Below the pieces are notes generated by a model, which saw only the letters and a program-made list of their open reading frames with translations, was not told where the DNA came from and made no database searches. This document shows positions 45,418 to 54,874 of a DNA stretch of 64,000 bases, one piece after another. A program made the position numbers and the translations under genes. Numbering within the stretch: the first letter of the stretch is position 1; each line of letters begins with the position of its first letter. Source of the DNA: Bacillota bacterium (GTDB taxonomy: Bacteria; Bacillota; Sulfobacillia; JAJZYS01; JAILZS01); the NCBI GenBank assembly GCA_023512375.1, contig JAILZS010000004.1:18036-82035 (forward strand), written 5' to 3'.

Positions 45418-45987
45418 GTGGATCGCGTGGCCAGGGCGCTGTCCGTGCTGTTCAATCCTATGGTCGCCCTCACCTTGTGGGCGGCGGCCGTGATCGCCCT
45501 TCACCCCGCCTGGTGGGGCGCCGCCGCCTTGGTGTGGCTCCTGCTCGTCGCCCTGCCCGGGCTCGCGCTCGCCGCCGGCCTGCGCCTTGGGGTGTGGTCG
45601 GACGCCGACGTGTCGGATCCTCGCCAGCGGCGCGCCTTTGTGCCCTTGGCGGCGGCCTGCGCCGTCGCTCTCGCCGGCCGCGCTCTCCTCTTCCCGTTCC
45701 CGGCCGTCCTCCGGTTCGCGGCCACGGCGATCGCCGCATGGCTCTGCCTGACGGCGCTGGCCAGCACGGTGTGGAAGATCTCCATGCACGTGGGCTCCAC
45801 CGTCGGCATTCTCTTCCTGTCCGGCGTCGCTCTCGGCTGGCTGGTGGCGCTTGCCCTTGCCTGGGCTCCGTTCGCCGTGGCCTGGGCCCGCCTACGCCTG
45901 CGCCGCCACACCCCCGGCCAGGTCGTGGCCGGCGCGGCGGCCGCCCTGGCCGCGGTGGGGGTGGCCCTACTGGTGGCGGCCCCCTAA
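45418..45987 (+). CDS. PAP2-superfamily membrane phosphatase (BcrC-like candidate)
   Basis: 189 aa and polytopic. The C-terminal motifs ..KISMHVGS.. and ..RLRRHTPGQVVAG resemble PAP2 C2/C3 motifs (SxH; RxxxxxHxxxD-like). Confidence 0.7.
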   Translation: MDRVARALSVLFNPMVALTLWAAAVIALHPAWWGAAALVWLLLVALPGLALAAGLRLGVWSDADVSDPRQRRAFVPLAAACAVALAGRALLFPFPAVLRFAATAIAAWLCLTALASTVWKISMHVGSTVGILFLSGVALGWLVALALAWAPFAVAWARLRLRRHTPGQVVAGAAAALAAVGVALLVAAP

Positions 45988-46500
45988 GCGGCCTGAGGGG
46001 AGGCGGGAGGCGTTGTGCCTTACGCGCAGGCGGAGGCGCACGTCGGCCACGCGCACCCAGTCGCCGGCCGTGAGCGGCTGGACGCGGGAGGCGCGGCCGC
46101 CCGCGTCGTACGCCTGGTGAGGCCAGGGTGCGACGGCACACCAACCGCCGCGCGTGGGGAGGACTTGGACCAGGAGGCTGCCGTCGGGGCCGTGCAGGGG
46201 GACGGCGCGCCCGCGCTCGAGCGCCAGCGTGCGGACGCCGTCCCAGGACACGACCTCCAGGCGGGGCACCGGCCTGACCGCCGGACGGCGGCGCCGGCCG
46301 CGGCCGAGGACGAGGGCGGCGACGGCCCCGGCGTCTAGCGCGGCAGGCGCCAAAGCTCCGGCGGAGCCCGCGCCCGCGCGCTCGCCGGCCGCCAGCGCGG
46401 CGGGCGGGGGAAACGCCCAGCTCGCCGCCTCCAACCCCCCTAGGCAGAGGGCGGCCGCCAGCACTGCGGCGCGCACCCCCGGCCGCTGCCACCGTTGCAC
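45967..46500 (-). CDS. Hypothetical secreted or membrane-anchored protein
   Basis: The ORF has a signal/TM-like N-terminus (VQRWQRPGVRAAVLAAALCLGGLEAASWA) and a beta-rich C-terminal part (..LEVVSWDGVRTLALERGRAVPLHGPDGSLLVQVL..LTAGDWVRVADVRLRLRV). It is divergent from liaF. I recognise no family. Confidence 0.4.
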   Translation of the reverse strand: MQRWQRPGVRAAVLAAALCLGGLEAASWAFPPPAALAAGERAGAGSAGALAPAALDAGAVAALVLGRGRRRRPAVRPVPRLEVVSWDGVRTLALERGRAVPLHGPDGSLLVQVLPTRGGWCAVAPWPHQAYDAGGRASRVQPLTAGDWVRVADVRLRLRVRHNASRLPSGRLGGRHQ

Positions 46501-46567
46501 GACTCTCCCCCCAGCTGGCGGCGTTCGACAACCATATAGCGCCAAGATGGGGAGATGTCAATTACAG

Positions 46568-46590
46568 ATTTACCGTTACGACAGGTAAAT
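46568..46590. promoter_or_regulatory. Perfect 7-9-7 inverted repeat upstream of liaF (candidate response-regulator operator)
   Basis: ATTTACC-gttacgaca-GGTAAAT lies in the only AT-rich patch of the 222-bp divergent intergenic region. It is followed by the hairpin CTCCGCC-tgcg-GGCGGAG (46594-46611). Confidence 0.4.
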
Positions 46591-46722
46591 TGTCTCCGCC
46601 TGCGGGCGGAGGTCGGTCGGCTTGCGGCCCGTGGCGGCCGGTCGGACGCCGCGGTAGGGTGGGATGGGGCGCGCGGGCGTCGGCCGCGGGCGGGAGCGTC
46701 GATAGGTAAGGGAGGAAAGCGG

Positions 46723-47502
46723 GTGCGGGTACGGGTGCCGGCCGTGCGAGTGGCCGTGGGCATCGGTCTCGCCTCGTACGGGGCGTGGGCGGCGCTGTAC
46801 GCCTTGGGCCTTGTGCGCCCCGACGCGGGCCGGGCTTTGGCGCTGTACTGGCCTGTACTCGTCGCCCTATGGGGGGCGCTGGGGGCGCTCGACCGGGTCG
46901 TGGCGAGGCGCGCCCCGTCGGTGGGCTCTCTCCTTCTCGTGGCGGCGGGGATCGCGCTTCTCGCCCGCAACGCGGGCTGGATCGGCGTCGACGCCTGGAG
47001 CCTCGTGGGGGCGGCGGTGGCGGTGGCCCTCGGGTTGGCGATCGCCTTCGGGGGGCGGGCGATGGTGATCGTGGACGAGGGCTGGGGCGCCTTCGGGCGT
47101 TCGGGCCGGTGGTGGCATCGTAGGCGCGGAGGAACCGCCTGGGTAGGCAGCACGCACATCCGCGCCGAAGGCGAGGGCCCGTGGGAGCTGGACGACCGGG
47201 TCTACCGCCAGGCGGTGGGCGATCTGCGCCTCGACCTGAGCCGGGCCCGCCTGCGGGAAGGGGAGACGCGCCTCGCCGTCGAGGGCGGGGTGGGGGAGAT
47301 CCTCGTCCTCGTTCCGGCCGAGATGCCGGTCCACCTGGCCGCCCGGGTGCAGGTAGGGGAGATCCGCCTGTTCGACCTCGAGGCGAGCGGGTTCGAACGC
47401 TTCCTTGAATACGAAAGCGAAGGGTACGCGGCCGCGCCGCGCCGGCTGCGCATCGACCTCAGCATGCGCCTGGGCGACATCGCCGTGGAGCGGGTGGTGT
47501 GA
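46723..47502 (+). CDS. liaF: Cell-wall-active antibiotic response protein LiaF
   Basis: N-terminal TM segments plus a C-terminal DUF2154-like repeat ..VGDLRLDLSRARLREGETRLAVEGGVGEILVLVPAEMPVHLAARVQVGEIRLFD..LRIDLSMRLGDIAVERV. GTG 46723 follows AAGGGAGGAAAG. Confidence 0.8.
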   Translation: MRVRVPAVRVAVGIGLASYGAWAALYALGLVRPDAGRALALYWPVLVALWGALGALDRVVARRAPSVGSLLLVAAGIALLARNAGWIGVDAWSLVGAAVAVALGLAIAFGGRAMVIVDEGWGAFGRSGRWWHRRRGGTAWVGSTHIRAEGEGPWELDDRVYRQAVGDLRLDLSRARLREGETRLAVEGGVGEILVLVPAEMPVHLAARVQVGEIRLFDLEASGFERFLEYESEGYAAAPRRLRIDLSMRLGDIAVERVV

Positions 47503-47503
47503 G

Positions 47504-48589
47504 ATGGCGGCGGATGTCTCGCCCCCGCCAACGGCTCCGGCCGCCGTCGCCCCGACCGGGGGCGGCCGCTCCCTGCGATGGCCGCTTGCGGCCTGGTTCT
47601 CCCTGGCGGGCGGGGTGGGGGCGGGAACGGCCTGGGCGCTGCTGGCGGCCGCGGGCGCGGCTCCCTCGCCGGGCTACCTGGTGCCGACCCTCGCCCTGGC
47701 GGCGCTGGCCGCCGCCGTGCTCGGCTATCGCGTGGCGTGGGGCCTCAGGCGGCGCCTGAGGCCGCTCCTGCAAGGGGTGGCGATCTTCGCCGCCGGCGGC
47801 ATGCGGCATCGCATCCGCGTAGAGGGCGACGACGAGGTGGGCGAGCTGGCGCAGGCGATCAACGCCATGGCCGAGCGCCACGCCGGTCAGGTCGAGGCCT
47901 TGCAGCGCTTGGCGGAGGAACGCCTGGCCCTGTCGGGGGAGGCGGCCCGGGCGGCGGTCCTGGAGGAACGCCAGCGCTTGGCGCGCGACCTGCATGACGC
48001 CGTCAGCCAGGCCATCTTCTCCATCGCCATGATGACGGCGGCCGCCCGGCGCCTTCTCCCGTGCGATCCGGAGGCCGCCGCGGCACGCATGGCCGAGGTG
48101 GAGGCTCTGGCCACCGCGGCGCAGAGGGAGATGCGCGCCCTCCTCCTGGCTCTTCGCCCGGTGGAGCTGGCCGGCCGGCCCCTGGAGGAGGCACTGGCCG
48201 GGCTCGTGGCCGAGGTAGGCGAGCGCTACGGATTGGAGGTGGCGTATGCCGCCGAAGCCGGCGCCGAGCCGCTCCCGCCCGCCCAGGAGGACGCCCTGTT
48301 CCGCATCGCCCAGGAGGCCGTGGTGAACGCCATCCGGCACGGGCATGCGCGCCGGCTGGAGGTGCGCCTGGCCTGGGACGCGGGCCGGGCGGTCCTGAGC
48401 GTGTGGGACGACGGGCGAGGCTTCGATCCCGCGGCGGCGGCGGCGGACGGCCATTACGGCCTGAGGTCGATGCGGGAGCGAGCCCGGGAGATGGGCGGGG
48501 AGCTGAGCGTCGACTCCGCGCCCGGGCGGGGGACGCGGGTGGAGGCGCGCTTGCCGCGCCTTACAGTAGCGAAACGGGGGGACGCGTGA
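47504..48589 (+). CDS. liaS: Sensor histidine kinase LiaS/VraS type (HisKA_3)
   Basis: Two TM segments, HAMP (..GDDEVGELAQAINAMAE..), H-box RQRLARDLHDAVSQ and an ATPase domain ..NAIRHGHA..DDGRGF..GLRSMRERA... The start is 1 nt after the liaF stop. Confidence 0.85.
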   Translation: MAADVSPPPTAPAAVAPTGGGRSLRWPLAAWFSLAGGVGAGTAWALLAAAGAAPSPGYLVPTLALAALAAAVLGYRVAWGLRRRLRPLLQGVAIFAAGGMRHRIRVEGDDEVGELAQAINAMAERHAGQVEALQRLAEERLALSGEAARAAVLEERQRLARDLHDAVSQAIFSIAMMTAAARRLLPCDPEAAAARMAEVEALATAAQREMRALLLALRPVELAGRPLEEALAGLVAEVGERYGLEVAYAAEAGAEPLPPAQEDALFRIAQEAVVNAIRHGHARRLEVRLAWDAGRAVLSVWDDGRGFDPAAAAADGHYGLRSMRERAREMGGELSVDSAPGRGTRVEARLPRLTVAKRGDA

Positions 48590-48590
48590 C

Positions 48591-49256
48591 GTGGAGGGCG
48601 GCACGGCGAAGGAACGGCGCATCCGCGTGTTCGTGTGCGACGACCATGACGTGGTGCGGCGGGGGCTTCGGGCCTACCTGGAGACCGAACCGGGGATCGA
48701 GATCGTCGGGGAGGCGGCCTCGGGCGAGGAGGCGGTGGCCCGCGCCCCTTCCCTCCATCCCGACGTGGTCCTCATGGACCTCCTCCTGCCAGGCATGGGT
48801 GGGCTTGAGGCGACGCGCGACCTCGTGGCCCGCCTACCGGACGTCCGGGTGGTGGTGCTCACCTCTGCCGTGACCGACGAGAAGGTGGTGCCCGCGCTCG
48901 AGGCCGGCGCCCTGTCGTACGTGCTCAAGTCGGCCTCCGCCGCCCAGGTCGTGGACGCCGTGCGCGCCGCGGCGGCCGGGCGCGCCACCTTGGACCCCGG
49001 GATTGCCAACTCCGTGGTGCGCGCCGTGCGCGGCCCCGGCGGGCGGGACGGGGTCTCCTTCACCCTGCGCGAGCGCGACGTCCTCCGGGCGGTGGCGAGG
49101 GGCATGAGCAACCAGGAGATCGCCGATGCGCTGGGCATCGGCGTGAAGACGGTGAAGACCCACGTCTCCAGCCTGCTCGGCAAGCTTGGCCTGTACGATC
49201 GCACCCAGCTCGCGGTGTGGGCCCACACCCACGGCTGGGCGCCCGTGGACCCGTAA
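48591..49256 (+). CDS. liaR: NarL/LuxR-family response regulator LiaR type
   Basis: ..IRVFVCDDHDVVRRGL..DVVLMDLLLPGMGG (receiver Asp)..; C-terminal LTLRERDVLRAVARGMSNQEIADALGIGVKTVKTHVSSLLGKLG. Confidence 0.9.
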   Translation: MEGGTAKERRIRVFVCDDHDVVRRGLRAYLETEPGIEIVGEAASGEEAVARAPSLHPDVVLMDLLLPGMGGLEATRDLVARLPDVRVVVLTSAVTDEKVVPALEAGALSYVLKSASAAQVVDAVRAAAAGRATLDPGIANSVVRAVRGPGGRDGVSFTLRERDVLRAVARGMSNQEIADALGIGVKTVKTHVSSLLGKLGLYDRTQLAVWAHTHGWAPVDP

Positions 49257-49262
49257 GGCGCG

Positions 49263-50231
<969 letters not shown>

Positions 50232-50263
50232 GGGTGCGTCCCTCCTTCGCGGTCGTGCGCGCG

Positions 50264-51073
50264 TCAGCCGTCGAGGGCCAGCGTGAGCTGCGGCGCGGGC
50301 AGCGAGGACGCTTCGCCCGTGGCCACGACGGCGGTGCCCACGGCGAAGAACTCGATCACGTGGCTGCCCCAGCCGTGGCTGCGCTCGTCGATGCGCACGC
50401 CGACGATGCCCTCCGCCTTGCGCTCCGCCGCCTCCGCCTGCATGCGCTCCATGGCCAGCTCGCGCGCGTCGTACATCGCCTGCGTGAAGTTGAGCATCTC
50501 CTGGTTCTGCCCCACCGTGCGCAAGAACTGGGCCACCGTCTGGTGGGCCACGTGGTAGACGCAATTGCCCATCACCAGGCCCACGGGCCGATACCCGGCG
50601 CGCAACAGCGTCCAGAAGTCCTGCCCCGACAGGTCGCTCGTGAACGGCCGGCCGTCGTGGGTGCGATGGCTCGTCCCGCCCGCATGCCGCACCGCCGTGC
50701 CGATGGCGAGGAACTCGGCCAGGTCCGCGCCCCAGTCGTAGCGGTTGACCACGAGTCGTACGCCCACCACGCCGTCCGCGCCCAAGGCGTCCGCCTCTTC
50801 CTCCATGCGCGACATGGCGAGCTCCCGGGCGTGGTAGGTGGCCTGGGTGAGCACCTGCATCTCCTGGTTCTGGCGCCACATGGCGGGCTGGTAGCCGATG
50901 TGGTAGATGGACGACCCCACCACGAGGCCGAGGGGTTCGAAGCCCGCCTGTCGGACGAGCACGAACTCGTTGACGCTCAGGTCGCTGGTGAACAGCCCTC
51001 CCGGCGCCGCCTGTTGCCGAAGCCGCTCCAGGGCGGCGGCCGGAAGGTCGCTGGGGGCACCCTCCTGCGCCAC
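50264..51073 (-). CDS. Protein with two tandem YbjQ (DUF74) domains
   Basis: Two internal repeats, each ..F(T)SDLS..(F/W)..(L)(V/L)R.AG(F/Y).P.GLV.G..(I/V)YH....Q..(M)..T.A.Y.ARELAM.RM..EA....A.G(V/I)VGVR......WG.....EF.A(I/V)GTAV. Confidence 0.8.
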   Translation of the reverse strand: MAQEGAPSDLPAAALERLRQQAAPGGLFTSDLSVNEFVLVRQAGFEPLGLVVGSSIYHIGYQPAMWRQNQEMQVLTQATYHARELAMSRMEEEADALGADGVVGVRLVVNRYDWGADLAEFLAIGTAVRHAGGTSHRTHDGRPFTSDLSGQDFWTLLRAGYRPVGLVMGNCVYHVAHQTVAQFLRTVGQNQEMLNFTQAMYDARELAMERMQAEAAERKAEGIVGVRIDERSHGWGSHVIEFFAVGTAVVATGEASSLPAPQLTLALDG

Positions 51074-51157
51074 GATGATCCCTCCGTTCTCTCCGCCGTC
51101 GATCCCCTGCGGTCGCTCCCGCCGCCGGGTCGCGGCCGCCCCGATCCAGGTAGTCGC

Positions 51158-52066
51158 TCAAGCGGGCGGCGGGCGGTCGGCGAGGGGGACGACGGCGGCC
51201 GGCAGCGCCGCCGGGCGGTCGTCCGCCCGCACCACCGCCGTGCCCATGGCCACGAACTCCAGCACGTGGTCGGTGCGCTCCTGACCACCCCCGCCCCGCT
51301 CCACGCGCTCCACGCTCAGGTTGATGTCGTAGGCGATGACGCCGTCCGCCCGTGCGGCCCGCGCCGTCTCCGCCAGGCGGCGCATGGCCAGTTCGCGCAC
51401 GGTGTAGGTGGCGCTCGTGAAGGCGTCCACCTCCGTGTTGGTCCAACTCCCCGCCTGCCACATGCTCGTCCAGTCGGTCGCCAGATAGGCCACGGACACC
51501 CCCAGGCAGAGGTCGACGCACAGCCAGCCCGCCTGCAGCAGGCGGTACAGGTCGTCGGCGCCCACCGTCGCCAAAAACGGCCGGGGGACGGCCTGGGCAC
51601 GGGGGAAGCGGACTGCCGTGCCCACGGCCGTGAATTCCATGAGGTCCGACCCCCAGTCGCGGTCGCTCCGCTCCAGCCGGACCGCTACGACCCCGTGCGC
51701 GCCCAGGAGCGACGCCTCCTGGCGCAGGCGCTCCAGCGCCAGGGCGCGCACTGCGTGGGCGGCACGCGTGGGCGCCTCGAGCTCACCGCTCTGCCAGCTC
51801 GGCAGGTACGACCAGCCCGTGTGGTAGACGGAACTGCCCATCACCAGGCCCACGGGTTCGGCCCCGACGGAACGCGCCAAGGCCCACTCGGATACGGACA
51901 GCGTGGACGTCCAGGGCAGCGAGCGGGCACGTTCCCGTTCGAGCCGGGCGCGCGTCGAGGCGGGGACCTCCCCACGGGCGAGGGCGTCACGGTCGGCCTC
52001 CCCCCGGTCCCCCGGCCCTGACGGCGGCGGCCCCGCCGGCGGGCGGCGGCCGAACCATGCTGGCAC
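51158..52066 (-). CDS. Paralogous protein with two tandem YbjQ (DUF74) domains
   Basis: It shows the same double-repeat architecture (..[59 protein letters not shown].. and ..[49 protein letters not shown]). GTG 52066 follows GGGAGGTGGGAAGG. Confidence 0.75.
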   Translation of the reverse strand: MPAWFGRRPPAGPPPSGPGDRGEADRDALARGEVPASTRARLERERARSLPWTSTLSVSEWALARSVGAEPVGLVMGSSVYHTGWSYLPSWQSGELEAPTRAAHAVRALALERLRQEASLLGAHGVVAVRLERSDRDWGSDLMEFTAVGTAVRFPRAQAVPRPFLATVGADDLYRLLQAGWLCVDLCLGVSVAYLATDWTSMWQAGSWTNTEVDAFTSATYTVRELAMRRLAETARAARADGVIAYDINLSVERVERGGGGQERTDHVLEFVAMGTAVVRADDRPAALPAAVVPLADRPPPA

Positions 52067-52121
52067 GCCTTCCCACCTCCCGGGAGGCGATTCGGGAATC
52101 CGCGGCTTTCCCCTGCCCCGC

Positions 52122-52835
52122 CTACCCGTCGTCCTCCTCGTCCCAGCGCCGCTGGCTCTCCCGCAGGAAGCGGCGCATGCGGGCGCTGTGCCACACGCCC
52201 GGGTCGCCAAGGACGCGGGCCCGCACGGCCCACAGCCACGTGGCCGCGGCGTAGGCGAGGGCGGCGGCGGGGGAGACGGGAGGGAAGGAACCGGGCAGCG
52301 CGGCCCAGCCGGCGGCAGGGCCGGCGGTCGCCCACAGCCACAGCAGTGCGAAGAGGAGGCCGCTCAGGGCCACGAGCCAGTAGGCGGGGTCACCGAAGCG
52401 GCGTTGGATGCGATCGATGCGGGCGTCGCCCTCGGCCGCAAAGTCGATCCAGGGGTTGAGGGCGACCGGCGCGAGCGTCACCAACAGGGTCAGGGGTGGG
52501 GCCACGCGCGCTACCAGGAGGCGGACGACGACGTAGGCGAAGAGGAGCATGTACATGGGGCCGGCCGCCCGCCCGAGGGTGGGGAGGACATCGGTGGGAC
52601 GCAGGCGCCGGCCGTGGGCCGCTTCGCCCGCCCAGCCCACCCACCAGGCGAGGAAGGCGGGGAAGAGCAGGTTCCCCACCAGGCCCAGGCCGTTGCCGAG
52701 GCGCAAGGTCCAGGCGCTGAGGCCGACGAGCCAACCAAGGGCGCCATAGACGAAGGCCACCGCCAGCGGCAGGACGAGCCAGGGGTTCTGCCATACGCCC
52801 TCGGTGGCCTCTCGCACCGCCCGCCCGAGGTTCAT
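52122..52835 (-). CDS. Hypothetical polytopic membrane protein
   Basis: Translation from the Met at 52835 (preceded by GGGCGGGAGG) gives about 6 hydrophobic segments and an acidic tail RRWDEEDDG. It is the first gene of the YbjQ-YbjQ string. I recognise no family. Confidence 0.5.
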   Translation of the reverse strand: MNLGRAVREATEGVWQNPWLVLPLAVAFVYGALGWLVGLSAWTLRLGNGLGLVGNLLFPAFLAWWVGWAGEAAHGRRLRPTDVLPTLGRAAGPMYMLLFAYVVVRLLVARVAPPLTLLVTLAPVALNPWIDFAAEGDARIDRIQRRFGDPAYWLVALSGLLFALLWLWATAGPAAGWAALPGSFPPVSPAAALAYAAATWLWAVRARVLGDPGVWHSARMRRFLRESQRRWDEEDDG

Positions 52836-52924
52836 CCTCCCGCCCCCCCTTCGCTCCGGCGCGGCCCCGCGGTGCACGTCGCCCGCGCGTTCGCGCCCGC
52901 GCCCGGCACGGGGGCACCCGCGGT

Positions 52925-52940
52925 TGGCACCAGGGTGGCA
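52925..52940 (+). promoter_or_regulatory. Candidate sigma-54 (-24/-12) motif upstream of the DinB-family gene
   Basis: T-TGGCACCAGGGTGGCA-T has GG and GC at the correct 10-nt spacing, with TGGCA in place of TTGCA. It lies 122 nt upstream of ATG 53063. Confidence 0.45.
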
Positions 52941-53062
52941 TCGCGGCGGGCGGCGGTCAAGGGCGAACGCGGGACGCAAAGGGCCTGCGCGCGACGCCGG
53001 CGAGGTATCTTGGAAGGCGACCGCCTCATGCGAGGGGCGGAGGACGGGAGGGGGAAACGGGG

Positions 53063-53581
53063 ATGGGGACCTCCATCCGCGAGGCCATGATCCTGCAGCT
53101 GGACGAGGAGCTGCCTCGGACGCGCCGCACCCTGGAGCGCGTTCCCGGCGACCGCTGGGAATGGCGGCCGCACGAGCGGTCGATGCCGATGGGCCGCCTG
53201 GCGGCGCACGTGGCCACGTTGCCGGCCATGGTGGCGACCGTCCTCACCACCGAGGCGTTCGACCTGTCCGATCGCGCCGGGCGCACGGCGGTTCCCACGG
53301 TGGGGGAGGCGGCGGCGCTGGTGCCGACGTGCGAGCGCCTGTACGGGGAGGCGCGGCGGGCGCTGGAAGCGGCGCGCGACGAGGACCTCGCCGCCACCTG
53401 GTCGCTCTCGGCGGCGGGGCGGCCGGTGGCGCCGCCCGCGCCGCGCCACGCCTACCTGACCACGCTGTTCTTCCACCACCTGGTGCACCACCGCGCCCAG
53501 CTCGGCGTCTACCTGCGCCTTCTCGACATCCCCGTGCCCGCCATCTACGGACCGTCAGCCGACGAGCCGCTCATGCCCTGA
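53063..53581 (+). CDS. DinB-family protein (DinB_2-like)
   Basis: 172 aa: ..ERVPGDRWEWRPHERSMPMGRLAAHVA..; ..LFFHHLVHHRAQLGVYLRLLDIPVPAIYGPS is the typical C-terminal DinB_2 pattern. Confidence 0.8.
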   Translation: MGTSIREAMILQLDEELPRTRRTLERVPGDRWEWRPHERSMPMGRLAAHVATLPAMVATVLTTEAFDLSDRAGRTAVPTVGEAAALVPTCERLYGEARRALEAARDEDLAATWSLSAAGRPVAPPAPRHAYLTTLFFHHLVHHRAQLGVYLRLLDIPVPAIYGPSADEPLMP

Positions 53582-53589
53582 CGCCCGGC

Positions 53590-54018
53590 CGGTCCTGAGC
53601 GTCGAGCCGACGCCCCGGATCGTGACGGCGGCCTGGACGCTCCGCGTCGAGGGCCTGGCGGCGAGGCCCCTCGGGCGTCGAATTCGGCGGCGTATCCCTT
53701 GACACCCGACCCCCTGCCGGAAGCCCGGCACGTTCTGGCCTACTCCCACACGGGCTACGGCGCCAGCCTGGCGCTCGACGACCTGGCGGGGAAGGCGCCT
53801 GGCTGGTGTGGGAGTGCGACGGCCGCCCGCTTCCACCCGAGCACGGCGGCCCGGCCCGCCTCGGGATCCCTCACCTCTACTTTTGGAAGAGCGTCAAGTG
53901 GGCGGCGGGCCTCAGGCTCCTCGCCCGCGCCGAACGCGGCCTGTGGGAGCGAGAGGGCTACCACGACCGGGGCCACCCGTGGCGCGAGGAGCGCTACCGC
54001 GGTGACGGCGAGGAGTGA
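53590..54018 (+). pseudogene. Molybdopterin-dependent (sulfite-oxidase-like) oxidoreductase remnant
   Basis: Pieces appear in three frames: ..WTLRVEGLAARPLG.. (stop at about 53697), ..ARHVLAYSHTGYGASLALDDLAG.., then after a 1-nt shift near 53790-53800 ..WLVWECDGRPLPPEHGGPARLGIPHLYFWKSVKWAAGLRLL..GLWEREGYHDRGHPWREERY*. The N-terminal half and the CVEGWS-type segment are missing. Confidence 0.6.
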
Positions 54019-54039
54019 GGGCGCCGACGCCCCCGGGCC

Positions 54040-54706
54040 TTGGCAGACCGCCCGCGTGCTCGCCGTGCGGCGGGAGACCGCGCGCATGAAGACCTTCCGC
54101 TTCTGCTTGGAGCGGCAAACGCCCTACCTCCCGGGGCGACGCTTCCTCCCCCGCCTGACCGCCCTCGCCGGCTACCGGGGCCGGCGTTCCTCCTCCGCCT
54201 CATCGGCGCCCGATGCGGCGGGCCGGACGGTGGAGCTCACCGTCGAGCGCCTGGACGGGGGCGAGGTGTCGACCTTCCTAAACGACGACTTGGCCGTCGG
54301 CGACGAGCTGGAGATCCGCGGCCCGATCGGCGGCCGGTTCGCGTGGCGGGGGGAGCTGCCGATCCTCCTCGTGGGGCCGGGAGCACGGCGTGCATATGTT
54401 GGCCGCGGTCGACACGCCCGCCGACCTGCCCTTCGCCGCCGCACTCGCGGGGCCGGGGGCGACGGCGGTGGATACGCGCCGCCCGCCGCCCGGCGCGTCC
54501 CGGCCGGCAGAGCCCATCGGTCCGGCCGACCTCGCCCCCCTCTGCGGCCGTCGGCCTTCTGCGACGGCGTGACCGACATGCTGGCGTCCCTGGGACACGA
54601 TCCCGGGCGCATCCGGGTAGAGCGGTTCGGACCCAGCGGTGGGCTCGGCGCATGGTGGCCGCGCCTCCCCTCGGGGCGTCGAACCGGTTTTGCGCCGTTC
54701 GCGTAA
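54040..54706 (+). pseudogene. Ferredoxin-reductase-type FAD/NAD-binding oxidoreductase remnant
   Basis: ..WQTARVLAVRRETARMKTFRF..PGRRFLPRLTALAGYRGRRSSSASSAPDAAGRTVELTVERLDGGEVSTFLNDDLAVGDELEIRGPIGGRFAW.. has lost the RxYS FAD motif. The NAD-binding half is scrambled or shortened before ..DMLASLGHDPGRIRVERFG. Confidence 0.55.
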
Positions 54707-54874
54707 ACACTCGACGCGATCCCGGTTGGCGCATGCGCGAGTGCGATTGCCGGCCCGGGTATGCCATCGCCGCCGGGCCCGCATGGTGGAGCCGTGTGCG
54801 GGGCAGGAACCGCCACGGTTCGCGAGAAATCCATGGGCAACGGAAGTCGGACGCGAGCCGTGGGGTGAGACGCC

